Made by a program: the position numbers and the translations under genes. The notes below the pieces were generated by a model. It was not told the origin of the DNA, ran no database searches, and worked only from the letters and a program-made list of their open reading frames with translations. DNA of 63,381 bases, the filler included, from Octopus bimaculoides (Eukaryota): assembly GCF_001194135.2 (NCBI RefSeq). It is 5 parts of 5 records of this genome, joined end to end, with 100 filler letters (N's around TTAATTAATTAA, not from the genome) between each part and the next. Parts side by side here need not be neighbours in the genome. Positions count along the whole stretch, not along the records: positions 22,903 to 41,752 come from NC_068982.1; 4 more parts are not named here. The stretch is one strand, 5' to 3'. Positions 24,975 through 37,511 of the stretch are shown one piece after another. Positions within the stretch are counted from its first letter, which is position 1; every line of letters begins with the position of its first letter.

Positions 24975-25845
24975 GTGAAACTGTACACCCCACTCCGTAA
25001 AAAGTGGTAGTAGCCAGCCATTGTAAACAGACCAGTAGCCGGTTGACGGACTGAAGGACGCAGCAGGCGGTTTGAGATATTCGTATCGGAGTTAATTTTG
25101 TCGTGTTATTTGTTAGACGTAAGTCGCTTTGTTGAATAATTGTTGAAGGTCTCCCCGCGTGGGTGTACCCAAGATTATTTATAGTTATTTTTGAATTGTT
25201 GTTTTTTTTTCCTCCCATTGTGGGAAAAATGGAGAAGGTGCCAACAGGAGACCACAGCTATGGGAGCGAAAGCTGAAGCACCGGAGGTGCATGAAGTTAA
25301 AGTCGAACCTAAGAAAATGAAAGAATGCGAAAAATTGTTGAGAAAAGAAGAAAATATACTGAGACTAACGCCGCCTGCAGACCTCACAAGTAATGTAACC
25401 AAAAGGACAGTAGATAAAACACTGAAGGTAGCAAGCAGAAGGATCGAAATAGCAACAATCGAAGCAGTTGAGGAATGTTTGAAGGGAATAAAGAGGTTGA
25501 CAACATTCATTACCAGAGGAAGAAAGTATGGCACTGTGGAGGTGCGTTTTGAGACAAATGATGAAGTGATTAAGCACTCCACGGAAGTAATAAGAACAGA
25601 GGAATGAGTGATATTGCCGTTTTACTGTGGAAAACGTGTTGCCAGAGTAAGGGTTGGCAAAGTGCCGCCAGAGATAAAAGAAACATGGCTGATGGCAGCC
25701 ATCATGTACAATACGAAGGAGGAGGCCAAGATTCTCATGGCCACAAGAACAAAATGAGTGAACTATTTGGGATATGGCATAGAAATGGCCATTCAAGAGA
25801 GTATAGATGATCTCAATAGAATCTCGGGTGAAATGTTTGTCTGTC
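24975..25845 (+). mobile_element. Decayed LINE ORF1 (Tx1/L1-like, RRM region) with 5' UTR
   Basis: One frame from about 25260 reads ...FITRGRKYGTVEVRF...IRTEE*VILPFYCGKRVARVRVGKVPPEIKETWL...RTK*VNY, with in-frame TGA stops. Clade assignment is inferred. Confidence 0.6.
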
Positions 25846-25901
25846 TTTGTAGTGTCCTTTCTGTGTTATGGCCGTAATGCCAAATAAAGAAAAAGAAGGA
25901 C

Positions 25902-26365
25902 GTGTAGACCGTGTTGATAGTCGTGTCTGGGCTGTTATAGTAATTATACTGTGATACGGAGTGGACGTTATAACAATCCAAACTTTTCAGGATAATAACG
26001 CTGTATGATTGGGGATCGTACTGTGCTAGATAGAACCATCCTAACGATGACTTCTTAATATAACAATATCTGTCAGAGCGACAGTCGTCGTCAAAAGACA
26101 GATACAACAGTAATAAAATACCAGCTGCTGGTCGACGGTCAGAAGGTCGAAAGTACGTGTAGCCTGTGTTGATAGTCGTGTCTGGGCTGTTATAGTAATT
26201 ATACTGTGATACTGAGTGTACGTTATAACGACCCAGCCTTTTGAGGATAATACTGTACGACCTCCAGTGGTACAGTGCCAGATAGAACCATTCTTTCGAC
26301 GACTTCAGAATATAACAATATCTGGCAGAGCAACAACCGTCGTCAAAAGACAGATACAACAATAG
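25902..26365. repeat. Two tandem copies of a roughly 210-nt unit (period 255/252 nt)
   Basis: Copies start at 25902 and 26157; a 47-nt block is identical; one 3-nt indel. Confidence 0.9.
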
Positions 26366-26439
26366 CAGACAGCTTTACAACAGTTTCTGTGTGCACCTCA
26401 GTATTGTTACTTTTATTCACCATTTTCTCCGCATTCACT

Positions 26440-26660
26440 CAATGTTAAAAACTGGTTTCAAATTTTGGCACATGGCCAGCAATTTAGGGAAGGGAGATCG
26501 AGTACATCAACCCCAGTGCTCATCAACTGGTACTTATTATATCAACCTCGAAAGGATGAAAGCCAAAGCCGACCTCGGCGGAATTTGAACTCAGAATGCA
26601 AAGACGGACGAAATGCCGCAGAGCATTTTTCCCGGCGTGCTAACGATTTGGCTAGATAGC
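26440..26660 (-). mobile_element. Family B SINE (older copy)
   Basis: gacctcggcggaatttgaactcagaatg...cggcgtgctaacg. Other copies at about 30640-30785, 37530-37700, 39400-39590, 55835-56010, 59620-59801 and 61035-61126. Confidence 0.8.
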
Positions 26661-27620
26661 CGCTCAACTCAATGTTATATATTCCAATAGCGTGAATCAA
26701 CCTCCCTACTGGGTGTCGCTTAATTGGGGTTACCATTGTTCTTTATCCCTATTTCACTCTTTAAAAGGTAGACCTATTATCAAAAGAATTGGAGCCGTGA
26801 TAGTTTTCAGGCATTGAATCTTGGTTTACTGGAAATGGTAGTTAAGGTAAAAAGGTGAGATTTGAGAAAAATTTGGGATCCCTGAATGTGTGTCTAGTAA
26901 AAGACTACTTTGCCGTGATACGAACTCAGAATGTTATAAACCGTAACTATATATTACAAGTTCGGTGCTGTAGCGTTTGTGCTACTTCACAGTTGCACTT
27001 CTGGCGGTTATATACTAAACATCTGTTTTCTACGTTTTCCTATAATTTTTCGATTTTAATTGTCAAACTACACCGGATTCCTGAGTTAGGTTTAGTTAGT
27101 TAAAATAATCTAGAATCTTTTGATCAAACGATAAAATATTGTAAATATGTTGATAATTTGAAACATTGGTTTTTAAGCACAAAAATAAATAAACAAGTAA
27201 AACAAACATAAAAAACATGTAAACAAAAATGTTAGTAAACAAATAAAAGGTAGAATCTCAAGATGTCAGAATACGTAACTCGTTAATTTAGAGTGGTTTA
27301 TTACGTTCGATAGCTGCGTCCTTGTGATGTTTCTCGGTTTCTAATTCTGACCACGATCGCACTTACAAAACGCTCCAATGAATCCTTCTTTTTCATAACT
27401 ATATTCCTCTGAAATTTCCTTTTTACTTTTTACTGGTTTCGGTCACCGGACTCCAGCCATTCTGGAGCATCATATTGAAGCGTTTAGCCAAGCAAATCGA
27501 CCCCCTTCACTTACTTTTTGAAAACCTAGTACGTATCTCCATTATCGTTTTAACGAACCGTTAAGTTTATGGTATATATAAAAAACCACCAGCGGTGGGG
27601 GCCAAATAAACCCACACACG

Positions 27621-27663
<43 letters not shown>

Positions 27664-28575
27664 GCACAGGCGTGACTGTGTGGTAAGAAGCTTGCTTCCT
27701 TAAATGGTTCAGAGTTCAGTCCCACTGCGTTGCACCTTGGGCTAGCCTCGGGATGACCAAACCCTTCTGAGTGGATTTGGTAGACGGAAGTTGAAGAAGC
27801 CTATCGTGTATGTGTTGTATATTTATATATAGTGCCAACGCACGAAACTCTCGGACTTTGAGTCACTCTGTTGCTTCTGCTANNNNNNNNNNNNNNNNNN
27901 NNNNNNNNNNNNNNNNNNNNNNNNNNNNNNNNNNNNNNNNNNNNNNNNNNNNNNNNNNNNNNNNNNNNNNNNNNNNNNNNNNNNNNNNNNNNNNNNNNNN
28001 NNNNNNNNNNNNNNNNNNNNNNNNNNNNNNNNNNNNNNNNNNNNNNNNNNNNNNNNNNNNNNNNNNNNNNNNNNNNNNNNNNNNNNNNNNNNNNNNNNNN
28101 NNNNNNNNNNNNNNNNNNNNNNNNNNNNNNNNNNNNNNNNNNNNNNNNNNNNNNNNNNNNNNNNNNNNNNNNNNNNNNNNNNNNNNNNNNNNNNNNNNNN
28201 NNNNNNNNNNNNNNNNNNNNNNNNNNNNNNNNNNNNNNNNNNNNNNNNNNNNNNNNNNNNNNNNNNNNNNNNNNNNNNNNNNNNNNNNNNNNNNNNNNNN
28301 NNNNNNNNNNNNNNNNNNNNNNNNNNNNNNNNNNNNNNNNNNNNNNNNNNNNNNNNNNNNNNNNNNNNNNNNNNNNNNNNNNNNNNNNNNNNNNNNNNNN
28401 NNNNNNNNNNNNNNNNNNNNNNNNNNNNNNNNNNNNNNNNNNNNNNNNNNNNNNNNNNNNNNNNNNNNNNNNNNNNNNNNNNNNNNNNNNNNNNNNNNNN
28501 NNNNNNNNNNNNNNNNNNNNNNNNNNNNNNNNNNNNNNNNNNNNNNNNNNNNNNNNNNNNNNNNNNNNNNNNNNC

Positions 28576-28885
28576 GTGAAATTAACGTGCAAGTGGCTGA
28601 GCACTCCACAGATACGTGTACCCTTAACGTAGTTCTCGGGGATATTCAGCGTGACACAGTGTGACAAGGCTGGCCCTTTGAAATACAGGTACAACAGAAA
28701 CAGGAAGAAAGAGTGAGAGAAAGTTGTGGTGAAAGAGTACAGCAGGGTTTGCTACCATCCCCTGTCGGAGCCTCGTGGAGCTTTAGGTGTTTTCGCTCAA
28801 TAAACACTCATAACGCCCGGTCTGGGAATCGAAACCGCGATCCTATGAGCGCAAGTCCGCTGCCCTAACCATTGGGCCATTGAGC
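28576..28885 (-). mobile_element. Family E SINE
   Basis: High identity to 5761-6030 plus additional 3' tail (CACTTGCACGTTAATTTCACG). Confidence 0.85.
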
Positions 28886-28929
28886 CTCCCATGTCATGGC
28901 TATATAAGTCTCTTTCAATCAAGTAATAA

Positions 28930-30230
28930 TGAGAAGATGCTTGGCGGTATTTCTTCCGGCACTTTACCTTCTGATTTTAAATGCCACCGAGGTCAACTTT
29001 GCTTTTCATCCTTTTGGAATCGATAAAATAAAGTATCAGTCAAGGACTGAAATTGCTGGAATTGATGTAATCGACTACCCACTCTCCCTTGAAATCACTG
29101 GCTTTGTTCCAAAAAACTGAAACAATTTTAATTAATAAAAAGTAAAACAGTGTGTTGTAAGGTGACACTCACAGATTGTATGCATCATTTTGATAAGCAG
29201 ATCAGCTTGTGAAGATAAACTGGAACCAAAATATCAAGGAAATATTTCAAGGTATATTTAGTCTATGGTTCAGTTCATGCCTGTCTTATACGATATAGAT
29301 GGATTTTGGGTTTTCAATATTTCATGCTTATATAATGCGGCGAGCTGGCAGAAACGTTAGCACGCCGGGCGAAATGCTTAGCTGTATTTCGTCCGTCTTT
29401 ACGTTCTGAGTTCAAATTCCGCCGAGGTCGACTTTGCCTTTCATCCTTACGGGGTCGATAAATTAAGTACCAGTTACGAACTGGGGGTCGATGTAATTGA
29501 CTTAATCCCTTTGTCTGTCCTTGTTTGTCCCCTCTATGTTTAACCCCTTGTGGGCAATAAAGAAATAAGAAACGTGAGCACGCCGGGCGTAATGCTTAGC
29601 GGTATTTCGTCCGTCTTTACGTTCTGAGTTCAAATTCCGCCGAGGTCGACCTTGCCTTTCATCCTTTCGGGGTCGATAAATTAAGTACCAGTTGCGTACT
29701 GGAGTCGATCTAATAGACTGGCCCCCTCTCCCAAAATGTCGGGCCTTGTGCCTAGAGTAGAAAAGAATATTTCATGCTTATAAGGCGGCAAGCTGGAAAA
29801 ATTGACAGCATTTCGTCTGTTGCTACGATCTGAGTTCAAATTCCGTCGAGATCGACTTTGCCTTTCGTCCTTCCAGGACAATAAAATAATTAGTAGCTGA
29901 GCACTGGGGCTGATGGAATCGACTTACCCCACCCTCTGAAACTGCTGGCCATGTATCAAAATTTGAATCCAATATTTCGTGCTTATAAGGCGGTGAGAAG
30001 GCAGAATTGTTAACACTCTGGCAAAATATTCTGCGGTTTATAGTCCGCCTTTACGTTCTGAATTCAAATTTCGCCGAAGTCGACTTTGCTTTTCATCCTT
30101 TCAGGATCGATAAAATAAACATCATTAGTATCAGCTGAACACTGAGGGTTGATGTAATCGTCTTGTTCCCTCCCTGAAATTGCTAGCGTAGTGCCAAAGT
30201 TTGAAACCAGTATTTCATACTTATACTTAC
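28930..30230 (+). repeat. Head-to-tail cluster of family B SINE units
   Basis: Units at about 28930, 29333 (dimer), 29783 and 29988, several preceded by ATATTTC(A/G)T(G/A)CTTATA. Confidence 0.8.
29333..29765 (+). mobile_element. Dimeric tRNA-like SINE (family B)
   Basis: Two copies of head plus GAGGTCGAC(T/C)TTGCCTTTCATCC central domain with different tails; identical 17-bp TSD AATATTTCATGCTTATA at 29316-29332 and 29766-29782. Confidence 0.9.
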
Positions 30231-31207
30231 CAGATAACGGTTTCGAAATGAACAATTTCCGTAGCTAACAAGGGCTACCAACAACTAGAATCTTCAAGAT
30301 CTTCATAAAATGTAGAAAAAAAATTAAATGTCTATTCTGTACACTCTTTATTCTTTTGATTTAAATTCTAAGCGTTCAAATTCACTTCAACTTAACTTAA
30401 TCTAGGAGTTATCTCCTCTATGACAGTTGACCACGAGAGTTTAAAGGAAGTATTGAATTATTTTAAATACTTCCGTCATTTTATTGGCGTGTTCTAGGAA
30501 GCACCCCCCACCACGTGTAGTCCTCACAGAATATTCACTGAAATGGACAGTTTCAGGATGCGTATTGCCACATCACGCTCGGAATTCAATGACTCGAAGC
30601 ATTTTGTCCCGCGCTCTATCATTTCTTCCAGCCTTGGATTGATACTCTTTTTCTATCGACCCTGGAAGGATGAAAAGCAAATTTGGCATCGGCGAGATTT
30701 GAGCTCAGAACATAAAAAGCCGGGACAAAAATGCTATATGATATTTTTTCTGATGTTCCAACGTTTCTGCCAGTTCACCCTCCTCATAGAATTACTAAAA
30801 TCATGGAATACTTGCAGTCTTGCAAAAGAGCATCAGTAATAATTGTAGTGTGTAATAATTGCAATAACTGTTATAATAATTGTAGCGCTCGTATGAAACT
30901 AGTATTTTATGGCCCTTTGTGACCCGTACATACTTTCCACTCATCATTAGCCGATCTCCTCCACTATCGACTCATCATCACCATTATCGTCATCGTTATC
31001 ATCGTAATCGTAGTCATCCTCGCTGTTTATCACCACCATCATACTCAACCTCTTTTAATTATCGTGAAGTTTTTCCATACAGAAGTCACAATCTCCGGTC
31101 CACTTTCTTTTGCATGCTCTTTTGTAGCTACTCCTTTCGGTGATGTTCAAAGCAATTTTATTGATTTTTGCAGAAACTTGAAGAAACCTACTGTTTAGTT
31201 CTCAACA

Positions 31208-31259
<52 letters not shown>

Positions 31260-32717
31260 ATGTACTTCTCATCGCTCCTTTCTTACATGTAGTCGGAGTC
31301 TCAATGATCCGCAAGTGTCTTAATGAAGCAAAGAGTTATTCACAGATGGAAGAAACCGTCATCATATATCATCATGCTGTTGTGGTCAGACTGACCGCAG
31401 TAACAGCATAATGGCACTCAGACATTCTTCTCACTATTTCCCATCATCATCGTGGTGGTGGTGGTGGTCGTCACCATTCCAAATTTTGTTTACTTACGTA
31501 AACGTTTCTCGTTCCTTATCTTTCAGTTATGCCACCTCTTATATTTCAGTAAAAGAATTTCTAGTGACCTAAAATCTGTATTTCCCAAAGAATAATCATA
31601 AAAAAAAAAATAGTAAGATATACTTTAACATTTACCACGAAATCCTTACGTCTTCAACAACCAATGAAAGAGGTCATAAAGAGTAATTCCCATATTATGC
31701 TCCAATTTCTTTTCAAAATATCAAGTGATTTCCCAAACTGAACTAGAACATCTGCAAACGCGTCACTAACTCGTGGGGAATATGTTGCTGATGAAAGCGA
31801 TCTGGTTTCATGTTATTTCACAAAGCGACACTTTTATGAATATATATTCCCATAATCTATTGGCTTACCATGCCTAGAGAAAATTGAAAAGAGAAAGTGT
31901 GTGAACAAACGATCAGGAAAAGACAGAAAAATGAAAAAAGGAAAGGAATATGATGTACGAAAAGGATAAGGAAAGTAATCTACATGATTGACTAAAATAA
32001 TCGTTTCTAGCATAAACAAAAGTGATGGAGCCGTTGATTTATATATATATATATCCGCCCAAGTAATTAACTAATTATTGATTTTTATAGGTTACGGGTG
32101 AAATGGAAGCAAAGTTGATGTCTGCTGGATTTGATTCAGGTCGTAAAGAAGGGGAACAAATGCCGCCAGACATTTTAGTTCCACAGTCTAGCGATTTTAC
32201 CAATCAGTCTAGCAATCTTACCAATGATTAATATAATCGTTATTATTATCAATTATCACATAGGAAGTCTTACAAATACAACTGGTTGACGAGAGTTTCA
32301 CATCGTAGGCTAACCAAGAGTGACATAATGTCATTATAAAACCTGGTTGAAAGTTTCAGCTTTGGTTTTGTATGCTGAGAGCAGATACCTGCTGTCACTT
32401 TTGGCGGTGCATGATGAAACCAATTATCACTTTATAACAGGTGTGCGAACCCCATACATCGCATTTAAATTTGAATACGCTTGCTGTCAAAGTATCTAGA
32501 GTCATAAATGAAAGACAAAAATGGTTTATGACACAAAACAAAAGAATAATTTAATGTAAGTTAGGTATTTGTGAATTTATAAAATTAAGGATGCTACTAA
32601 CTCCTACACCTTTACATAATCTTATCTACCTGCAAGTTATTCTATTCTAAGTAAAGAACATTTTCGATTCCTATTTTAAGAAGTAACCAACGGTTATAAC
32701 TGAGAGGAAGAGATGCA

Positions 32718-32761
<44 letters not shown>

Positions 32762-33042
32762 GCAAACATAAACACGTGTGTGTGTGTGTGTTAGCTACAA
32801 CGTCATAGCGATATTGACTCCTTTTGCTTACTTTCGACTAGATACAGTCTTAGACAGCAATACTTGCGTTTGAATATTTTATTGGAAGTCACTCCCCCAA
32901 GATGGCAAACAACCAGAAAATTTAATAAAACAGACCTCAAGCACCAACTACTATGTTGTGAATTACAAAAGAAAACGAGAAGAAACGAATCTTTTCCTAT
33001 TCGAAGTGCTCACAAGATAATTAGAATCTTGTTAATGTAAAG

Positions 33043-33316
33043 CAGTGGTTCTCAACTGGGGTTCATGTGACCCGTGGGGTACCATATAATCCTTGGGGAT
33101 CGATATAACATTTTATTGGTGAAGTTTATGTGCAATAAGATTGGTTATCCCTCTACAATACATAAAATATTTCAACATTTTTTTTCATACAACTTATAAT
33201 ATTCAATTATAAAAATATAACAGGATTTTATTTAAACATCGAATAGTTATGAGGGTCCAGGAGAGTAAAATGGGACTCAAAGGGCTCCAAAGGCAAAAAA
33301 TGGTTGAGAACCACAG
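33043..33316. mobile_element. hAT (Charlie-like) MITE, 274 bp
   Basis: TIRs CAGTGGTTCTCAAC and GTTGAGAACCACAG; 8-bp flanks ATGTAAAG and ATTTATAG (6/8 match). Confidence 0.85.
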
Positions 33317-33479
33317 ATTTATAGCAATATTTCTTAAGGTGCGGTATGTGCTCTACGGGTAAGACGTGGCAATATTTTGTTGGTGTGGCTTACTTCAAAA
33401 TTGGACCTAAGTAAATAGAAGTGAACAAAACTTGCAATAAAGTTTTAAAACTCGTTTCGTATACATACATATTATTTAT

Positions 33480-33706
33480 TTATTTCTACATTGCCCACAG
33501 GGGACTAAACACAGAGGGGACAAACAAGGACAGACAAAGGGCTTAAATTGATTACATCGACTCCAGTGCGTAACTGGTATTTATATAATCGACCCCAAAA
33601 GGATGAAGGCAAAGTCGACGGAATTTGAACTCAGAGCGTAGCGGCAGACGAAATACCGCTAAACATTCCGCCCGGCGTGCTAACGGACCTGCCAACTCGC
33701 CACCCT
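33480..33706 (-). mobile_element. Family B SINE monomer (tail type 1)
   Basis: Head, central domain and CCCTTTGTCTGTCCTTGTTTGTCCC...GGGCAAT tail. Confidence 0.85.
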
Positions 33707-34405
33707 GATATATATATATATATATATATNNNNNNNNNNNNNNNNNNNNNNNNNNNNNNNNNNNNNNNNNNNNNNNNNNNNNNNNNNNNNNNNNNNNNNN
33801 NNNNNNNNNNNNNNNNNNNNNNNNNNNNNNNNNNNNNNNNNNNNNNNNNNNNNNNNNNNNNNNNNNNNNNNNNNNNNNNNNNNNNNNNNNNNNNNNNNNN
33901 NNNNNNNNNNNNNNNNNNNNNNNNNNNNNNNNNNNNNNNNNNNNNNNNNNNNNNNNNNNNNNNNNNNNNNNNNNNNNNNNNNNNNNNNNNNNNNNNNNNN
34001 NNNNNNNNNNNNNNNNNNNNNNNNNNNNNNNNNNNNNNNNNNNNNNNNNNNNNNNNNNNNNNNNNNNNNNNNNNNNNNNNNNNNNNNNNNNNNNNNNNNN
34101 NNNNNNNNNNNNNNNNNNNNNNNNNNNNNNNNNNNNNNNNNNNNNNNNNNNNNNNNNNNNNNNNNNNNNNNNNNNNNNNNNNNNNNNNNNNNNNNNNNNN
34201 NNNNNNNNNNNNNNNNNNNNNNNNNNNNNNNNNNNNNNNNNNNNNNNNNNNNNNNNNNNNNNNNNNNNNNNNNNNNNNNNNNNNNNNNNNNNNNNNNNNN
34301 NNNNNNNNNNNNNNNNNNNNNNNNNNNNNNNNNNNNNNNNNNNNNNNNNNNNNNNNNNNNNNNNNNNNNNNNNNNNNNNNNNNNNNNNNNNNNNNNNNNN
34401 ATATG

Positions 34406-34453
<48 letters not shown>

Positions 34454-34489
34454 ACGTACTAAAAAAACTGGGAAGTCAAAAAGCATGAG

Positions 34490-35030
34490 AGTGCACACAG
34501 CTAACGATGTCAGCTTCACTGTCAGTAGTTTCATATAGCTGGGAAACTTCGTTAAGAAGCGTGGAACTAGTCAGAACATAAAAACAAAATTTGAGAAAGC
34601 TAAACTGCCTTCAGGATGCCTTCACTCATCTGAAGATCACATTCCTTGTCAACAAACACAAAATTCGGTGTCCTTAACCCGAGCGAGAAGATAGTTCCGC
34701 TCTAAGTGTGTGGAATACGGTGAGTCACAAAATTCTTCATTGACAAGCTCCAAAAGTTTGCGAATAGTTGTCTCTGGAAGATCTTTCGAATGAGATGACA
34801 AGACAGACTCACAACAGAACACTTGTGGGAGCACGTGAACCAGCAAACTATTGAAACCCAGATCAAGAGGAGGAAATGGGGTTGGTTAGGATGCACACAA
34901 CGGGAAGCTATTACTAACATTATAAGACAAGCTTTTTTTTTTTTACTTTTGGGGAAGCAGAAACGAAGTGTCGGAGTGCAAAGGGATTGGACAAAAGGTT
35001 GAAAACTACCCGATACTGTCACGAACGACG
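34490..35030 (+). mobile_element. Degenerate RTE LINE, RT C-terminal region
   Basis: With stops and frameshifts reads ...LGNFV..RGT..NIKTKFEKA..AFRM...STNTKF...KLQKFANSCLWKIFRMR...LWEHVNQQTIETQIKRRKWGWLG, typical of the RTE C-terminus. Confidence 0.85.
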
Positions 35031-35106
35031 GCTTGATGGCTTGATTACTTTCACCTGTTGAACAAACGAGGTAAATTCTATGTGGTCCTCAACCTGCTAG
35101 AAACAG

Positions 35107-35269
35107 CAGGATGCCTTCACTTGTCTGAAGATCACATTCCTTGTCAACAAACACAAAATTCGGGGTCCTTAACCCGAACGAGAAGATAGTTCCGCTCTAA
35201 GTGTGTGGAATATGGTGAGTCACAAAATTCTTCATTGACAACTATTCGCAAATAGTTTGCGAATAGTTT
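35107..35269 (+). repeat. Local duplicate of RTE segment 34612-34769
   Basis: About 135 nt nearly identical (caggatgccttcac...cttcattgacaa) at an offset of about 495 nt. Confidence 0.85.
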
Positions 35270-36128
35270 CCTCGTTTCATGCCCAACAATACAAAAAAAA
35301 TGGGGAAAATATGTTGAAAAATATTGTTCTAGACATACAATAAGGACGGCATACTCATGTTTTTGATCATGAGCCAATTCGATCAAAACTAGCCAGTGAT
35401 TAAACAATAACAACTTTACAAAACACTAGGAGGTCCAGTTTCTTTTAAGTCTATCATAAAATATGATGTAAAAGAATAAAAATAGAATTTCTTTTTTTTT
35501 TTCACATTCCTTATGCCATTAAATGTGTTGTTGAATGATTTCATCAGTCTAATTGATTATTGATTTTGCTTATGTCTACTTTTGACAGAAGAATTATTTA
35601 GAACAAAGCCATATGGGAATGTAAATTGAAAGTATGAAGGCAGCTTGATTCGAAACACACACACACACAAGAAAGAAAGAAAGAAAGAAAAGCGGCGGGT
35701 TTCTTCATAACAAACTGTTTCTATATTCATAAAACTTTTAAAAACCTATTTACGTTAAAATCATTCCATCGTTGAATATGTTATTTGAAGAAAATATTTT
35801 GTCTGAATGATTTCCTCTTCCACTTTTGTTTTAAAGTAGAAGTGGACTGCTTCTTAAAGTAATAAGGATCCTTAAATTGAGCAAAAGAAAAGCATGTCTG
35901 TGAGAAAGTTTGAAAATATGATACGCGTAGCGAAGTTCTGACCTTCACATCACACTCTGTTTCGATATTAAGTACGTCTCCCGCACTGTATATGTTTTCA
36001 ATAATGGCCAAACGAGATGATATGACGCAACATATCTTGTTTACTAGAATATTTGTAAATTTTACTATAAGATTTTTAGTAATATATTTAGACAGCATGT
36101 AGTACTTTCATAATTTTAAAAGGATTAT

Positions 36129-36555
36129 AAGGCGGTGAGTTGGCAGAAACGTTAGCACAGTGGGCGAAATGCTTAGCGGTATTTCGCCTGCCGCTACGTT
36201 CTACGTTCAAATTCCGCTGAGGTCGACTTTGCCGTTCATCCTTTCGGGGTCGATAAATTAAGTACCAGTTACGCACTGGAGTCGATGTAATCGACTTAAT
36301 CCCTTTGTCTGTCCTTGTTTGTCCCCTCCTATGTTTACCCCCTTGTGGGCAATAAAGAAATAAGAAACGTTAGCACCCCCGGGCGAAATGCTTAGCGGTA
36401 TTTCGTCTGTTGTTACGTTCTGAGTTCAAATTCCGCCGAGGTCGACTTTATCTTTCATCCTTTCGGGGTCGATAAATTAAGTTGCGTACTGGGGTCAATC
36501 TAATCGACTGGCCCCATCCCCCAAAATTTCAGTCCTTGTGCCTATAGTAGAAAAG
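36129..36555 (+). mobile_element. Dimeric SINE (family B)
   Basis: Same dimer junction (GGGCAATAAAGAAATAAGAAACGTTAGCAC); 17-bp TSD AATTTTAAA(A/C)GGATTAT at 36112-36128 and 36556-36572. Confidence 0.9.
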
Positions 36556-37274
36556 AATTTTAAACGGATTATCTTTTATCTTTCAATCATTATACTGCAA
36601 CCATGCTGGGGCACCGCTTTGAATTTTTAGTCAAATGAAACGAACCCAGTACTTTTTTAAAACCTGGTACTTATTCTACCGGCTTCTTTTGCCGAACTGC
36701 TAATTAACAGTGACATAATCACAACAACACCGGTTGTGAAGCGGCAGTGGGGGACAGACAGACAAACAGAAACACACACACATATATCTGGCGGGCTTCT
36801 TTCAGTTTCCGTCTACCAAATCCGCTCACATGGCTGGCTTTGGTCAGCCCCCAGGCTACAACAAGACACTTGCCCAAGGTGCCAGCCAGGGGGACGTCTT
36901 ACTACACAGCCACACCTGCGTTTATACTTGAAAACATATAACTACGAGATGAACCAGAAAATAAACATTGTCATCAAATGATTAAACGGCGCCACTGCTT
37001 TTTCACTTATCAAACCCACCACCACCACCAGTGCTACCACCGTAAACAGTACCTTCATTGATATCATCATTAATGTCATCATCGCTATCAACGACTTTGT
37101 GGTCGGTCATCGTTGTCATTTTCCTCATCGCCCCCATTTCATGGTGACCTCACATAATATAGACAAAACTGTATCTCCAAAACAAGCCACACATATATAT
37201 ATATGCGTGTGTGTGTGGAGAGAGAGAGAGAGTGGTATGTATATATAGGTGCATAAATGTGTATCAGTGTAATA

Positions 37275-37357
37275 CCGGATGGGCCAAAATTCACGAATGT
37301 GTCAATATTTAATAAGTTTTTATTTTTTGTTTTAAACTTACTGTACCCCAGTATTAT

Positions 37358-37411
<54 letters not shown>

Positions 37412-37511
37412 ATATATGAGCTTGGTGGGGGAAAATCACATCTAAATTTAAAAAATAATTTAAAATATTTATTCAAATTTTATATCTTTTCGTGACTTTT
37501 GCCCCACCCTG
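37275..37511. mobile_element. Tc1-like MITE, 237 bp, with internal (TA)n
   Basis: TIRs CCGGATGGGCCAAAATTCACGAA and (reverse complement) CAGGGTGGGGCAAAAGTCACGAA; TA target duplication. Confidence 0.8.

Noticed and set aside
27367-27408. 42-nt minus-strand exon candidate with GTAAGT donor
   Set aside because: The sequence upstream of the acceptor is the purine-rich end of a SINE; the peptide is not recognisable.
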